A stretch of DNA of 64,000 nucleotides from Phyllobates terribilis (lineage: Eukaryota), in the NCBI RefSeq assembly GCF_046119375.1, contig NW_027362768.1:14570001-14634000 (forward strand), given 5' to 3'. Position numbers and translations under genes: made by a program. A model generated the notes under the pieces. It had not been told where the DNA came from. It was given only the letters and a program-made list of their open reading frames with translations, and did no database searches. Each line of letters starts with the position of its first letter. Positions within the stretch are counted from its first letter, which is position 1. This document shows positions 60,078-64,000 of the stretch, piece by piece.

Positions 60078-60286
60078 NNNNNNNNNNNNNNNNNNNNNNN
60101 NNNNNNNNNNNNNNNNNNNNNNNNNNNNNNNNNNNNNNNNNNNNNNNNNNNNNNNNNNNNNNNNNNNNNNNNNNNNNNNNNNNNNNNNNNNNNNNNNNNN
60201 NNNNNNNNNNNNNNNNNNNNNNNNNNNNNNNNNNNNNNNNNNNNNNNNNNNNNNNNNNNNNNNNNNNNNNNNNNNNNNNNNNNNNN
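60078..60286. other. Assembly gap
   Basis: Run of N. Confidence 1.
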
Positions 60287-60859
60287 TTCCTTTGCCTAAA
60301 CTCTAATATCGGCAAAATGATTCTAGTATTTACCTAGGCCCCAAAACCTCATGAGGTATCATGAAACCCAGTTCCAGGCTTCATGCGTCACAATGGCATA
60401 CATCACACTACAACATCATGATGTCCCCGGGGTCTTGCTAATGCTAGAGATGCCCAGGATATCGAAATTCAAGCTCCATCAGAGGAAGTTCAAAGGACAA
60501 TGGTCTGGCTTCCCCAGGGTAGCTACATCGATGCCAGATCAGGGTCTTGCAAATCTTTTTGCTCTGATAGATAAGTAAAGAAGCAGCACCAGCAAGAGAA
60601 CAGGGGTGCCAAGCCTCCCAGGCAAACACCATTCCACCAATATAGAGATAAAAAAACAGAAGCAACACAACAACTGAAAAAATAGAAAAAAATTTAGATT
60701 TAATAGCCTATAATGATGGCATTTTGGTTCAAGATGAGAACCTTTTTCAAGCTTTTACAACTTAAATAAGATGTGTTTTCTCCAAATTCAATGCGAAATG
60801 CCACTTTTTATAACTACTGCACTCTCAGGATTAGTCAATTCATTCACAATAAGCATCTA

Positions 60860-61690
60860 TAGTATTTAATAGAACCCGTTTGGCTGTTATGATCTGTTAC
60901 AAACGTGGTGCATAGCTAGACTCCAGATTATAACAGTGTTCTTAAGGAATCTTAGCTCATTTCCTATGGGCAATAGTCTCCAGTTCACTAATATCTTTGG
61001 ATTTGCATACTGCAACCACCTGATTCAAATTTGAACTAAGATTTTCAATGGGGTTCAAATTAAGTGACTGTGATGGCCACTCCAGAGTCTTCCAAAACTT
61101 CTGAAACTAAGCTTTGGTAGACTTAGAGGTATGTTTGGGATCCTTGTCTTTTTGGAAGTTCCAAGGATGAACAAGCTTCAGTTTCTCTACAAAAGGTTTG
61201 ATGTTTTATATTAAGATTTCCTAATATTTGATAGAATCCATCCTGCCCTCCAAATGCTGCAGGTTGTCAGTGCCAGAGGAAGCAAAACAGTCCCAGAGCA
61301 TCAACCACACTGCCATGCTTCATGCTTTTCAGTATATGCTTCATTCTCCCTCTTCCAGAAATATGGCAGATTCACAGGTCCGAAAAGTTCCAGCTATGTC
61401 TGATCACTCCACAGAACAATATCAAAAACTTAGACGGGAAATTTAAATGGTTTCGTGCAAATTCAAGCTGACTTTTCTTGGCTTCAGGTTTAGCAGATAT
61501 GTCTGCCTTGGAACATAGGAATTTGGAGCACAGAAACCTTCAGCATTTAGTGTGCATCTTATTATGTAAACTGAAACTTCAGTGCCTACTACCACCAAAT
61601 TATGTTTCAGATCTTACAGTCATTCAAGGTCTTTCACCCTCCTCAGGTCCCTCTTGGCAATTGTTTATTTGCATCTGGAAGCAACACCTG
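60860..61690 (-). mobile_element. Highly decayed Tc1 transposase remnant
   Basis: gactgtgatggccactcca, gacttagaggtatgtttgggatccttgtc and aaaacagtcccagagcat are minus-strand Tc1-type blocks. Confidence 0.65.
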
Positions 61691-61714
61691 AATGTGCCCT
61701 CTTGGGTGTACCCT

Positions 61715-62300
61715 TTGTAGCTTAAACAGCTTCCACTCTTCTGGAGAAGCTTTCTACAAAATTTTGGAGTGTGTCTGCTCGGCAGCCCCTATCTTGTTTA
61801 TAGACCTTGTCCACTATGTAATTATCTTCATCATCATCCCTAACTCAGCTAACAGTGGCTTCTGTGTGGAAAATAGACTTACCTGTTTCTCACCAAGAGA
61901 CTTGCCCTTGCTCAGAGTTTCTCTACCATTGCCAATGCAACTACCACCATGGCTTGCAGAAAAGCTTTCTACAAGATTTTGGAGTGTGTCTGTGGGAATT
62001 TTGCCCATACATACAGAAGAGCAATTGTCTAGTCTGATATTAATGTTCATCTATAGAGACTGGCTCGCAATCTCTATTTTAGTTCCCAAAGGTGTACAAG
62101 TGAGATTAAGGTCAGTGCTCTGTTTAGGCAAGCCAAGTTCTTCCACATCGAATTTGACATGAAACTTGCTTTGTTCGACATGGTACAGTCATGATGATAC
62201 AGAAAAAGGCCTTACCCAAACTGTTCCCACAATTTTTTGAAGCATTCAACTATTCAAACTGTCTTAATATTCTGAAACATTAAAGGACCAATTCATCAAG
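61715..62300 (-). mobile_element. Second decayed Tc1 remnant interrupted by a ~180-bp segment
   Basis: acagcttccactcttctggagaagctttctac...ttcccaaaggtg...aagttcttccacatcg. Confidence 0.6.
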
Positions 62301-63124
62301 CCTGGCAATTTTCTCACCAGTCTTGAGGAGGTGTGTTGTAGTCACACACTGGGGATTTATTAAGAGGCGCATGGAGTGTCGGACAAGTGGCATACATCTT
62401 CATGCTCCAATTTAGACATCTTACACCAGTCACAACAAGAGTTTTCAGGCAATGTTGGTTCTCCTCCACCAACAGATCATTCGGAATCACCTGCACCTGA
62501 ACTGACCACAGAAGAAGCAAATTTTGCCTGGAGGATCTTTTTACCGCACATTGCCTCCACTTTGTATTACTGAGGCCAACACCTACTTGGCAGCCCCTAT
62601 CTTGTTTATAGTCCTTGTCCACTATGCAATTATCTTCATCATCATCCCTAACTCAGCTAACAGTGGCCTCTGTGTGGAAAATCACCTCACCTGTTTCTCA
62701 CCAAGAGACTTGCCCTTGCTCAGAGTTTCTCTTCCATTGCCAATGCGACTACTACCATGGCTTGCAGAGCCAACAACACCACTAGGTTTTTGAATTATCT
62801 CCTCCTAACCAATTTCATCTGAGTACAAAGGTTGACATCATCTCTTTCAATAAATCAAATGGAAGAATGTGTTCAAGTGAAATATTTTTCTTAGCCCCCA
62901 ATGTGTTGTAGTTTAGGGGACTAAGGGAAATAACAGATACAGTTGTCATTGAAGGATTTGAAATCATGCTGTGTACAACATTAAATGTTATGGTGGAGGT
63001 GACTAAGCAGAACATTAACTGAAGCTGACATTGCTGCTGTTAGAAGTAACATTATGCCCTCTGCTTCCTCACCACTAGCAGACTCTGTGGATACAAAGGA
63101 GATGGTACATGTTAAAAGATAATA

Positions 63125-63375
63125 AGAAACTAGTTCAATGGTTAGTACTGCAGCTTTGCAGCACTGGGGTCCTCCTGGGTTCAAATCCCACCAAGACAAC
63201 ATCTGCAAGGAGTTTGTATGTTTTCCCTGTATTTGCGTGGGTTTCCTCCCACACTCCAAAGACATACAGATAGGGAATCTAGATTGTGAGTCCCAATGGG
63301 GACAGTGATGATAATATCTGTAAAGCAATGTGGAATTAATAGCGCTATATAATTGAGTAAACTAAATAAATAAAC
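63125..63375 (+). mobile_element. tRNA-derived V-SINE-like element
   Basis: A-box-like tagttcaatggttag and B-box ggttcaaatcc. V-domain-like gtttgtatgttttccctgtatttgcgtgggtttcctcccaca. Tail tgtaaagc...gcgctatata ending in (taaa)n. Confidence 0.8.
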
Positions 63376-63406
63376 TAAAGGCGAGTGTATGAGGTTTAAT
63401 GGTTAA

Positions 63407-64000
63407 CCACTTCGCGCCAGAGCCTGTTTTTGCCTTCGTGACCGGGCCAATTTTTTCAATTCTGACCAGTGTCACTTTATGAAGTAATTACTCTGGAACG
63501 CTTCAACGGATTCCCCTGATTCTGAGAATATTTTTTGTGCCATATTGTGCTTCATGATAGTGGTAAAATTTCTTTGATATCACTTGCGTTTATTTGTGAA
63601 AAAATATGAAATTTGGCAAAAATTTTTAAAATTTTGCAATTTTCAAACTTTGAATTTTCATGCCCTTAAATCAGAGAGATATGTCACACAAAATAGTTAA
63701 TAAATGACATTTACCACATGTCTACTTTACATCAGCATAATTTTCGAACCAAAATTTTTTTTTGTTAGGAAGCTATAAGGGTTAAAATATGACCAGCGAT
63801 TTCTCATTTTTTCAACAAAATTTACATAAACATTTTTTTAGGGACCACATCTTATTTGAAGTGATTTTGAGGGGCCTTTATGACAGAAAATACCCAAAAG
63901 AGACACCATTCTAAAAACTGCACCCCTCAAGGTGCTTAAAACCACATTCAAGAAGTTTATTAACCCTTCAGGTGTTTCACGGGAATTTTTGGAATATGGA
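63407..64000. mobile_element. TTAA-type (T2/Kolobok-like) non-autonomous element, runs off the window end
   Basis: Starts TTAA|ccacttcgcgccag. AT-rich internal sequence of the same style as the other TTAA MITEs. Confidence 0.7.

Overview
Transposable-element-dense vertebrate DNA, most likely anuran (frog). This is inferred from the amphibian-type 18S fragment and the TTAA-MITE, Tc1, Penelope and V-SINE mix. No host protein-coding gene can be identified with confidence. The main feature is two dispersed copies (8579-19592 and 27152-37850) of an ~11 kb composite hAT DNA transposon, each with TIRs and its own 8-bp target-site duplication (TSD). Each copy carries the same cargo: a decayed 18S rRNA fragment, an L1 RT fragment split by a solo LTR, a truncated Tc1 inside a duplicated piece of the element's own transposase, and a 110-bp tandem array upstream of the transposase. 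Copy 1 has an intact 1226-aa BED-finger/DDE transposase and sits in the 5' LTR of a decayed Gypsy element, which itself lies inside a TTAA-flanked MITE, giving a five-level nest. The right half holds an inverted Penelope dimer with a 14-bp TSD and hammerhead-like motifs, a young pol-less LTR element with near-identical LTRs, a solo LTR, Tc1 copies, MITEs, GATA microsatellites, a V-SINE and two assembly gaps. Coordinates and matches were read by eye; family names and rRNA/tRNA matches rely on recalled reference sequences and need database confirmation.
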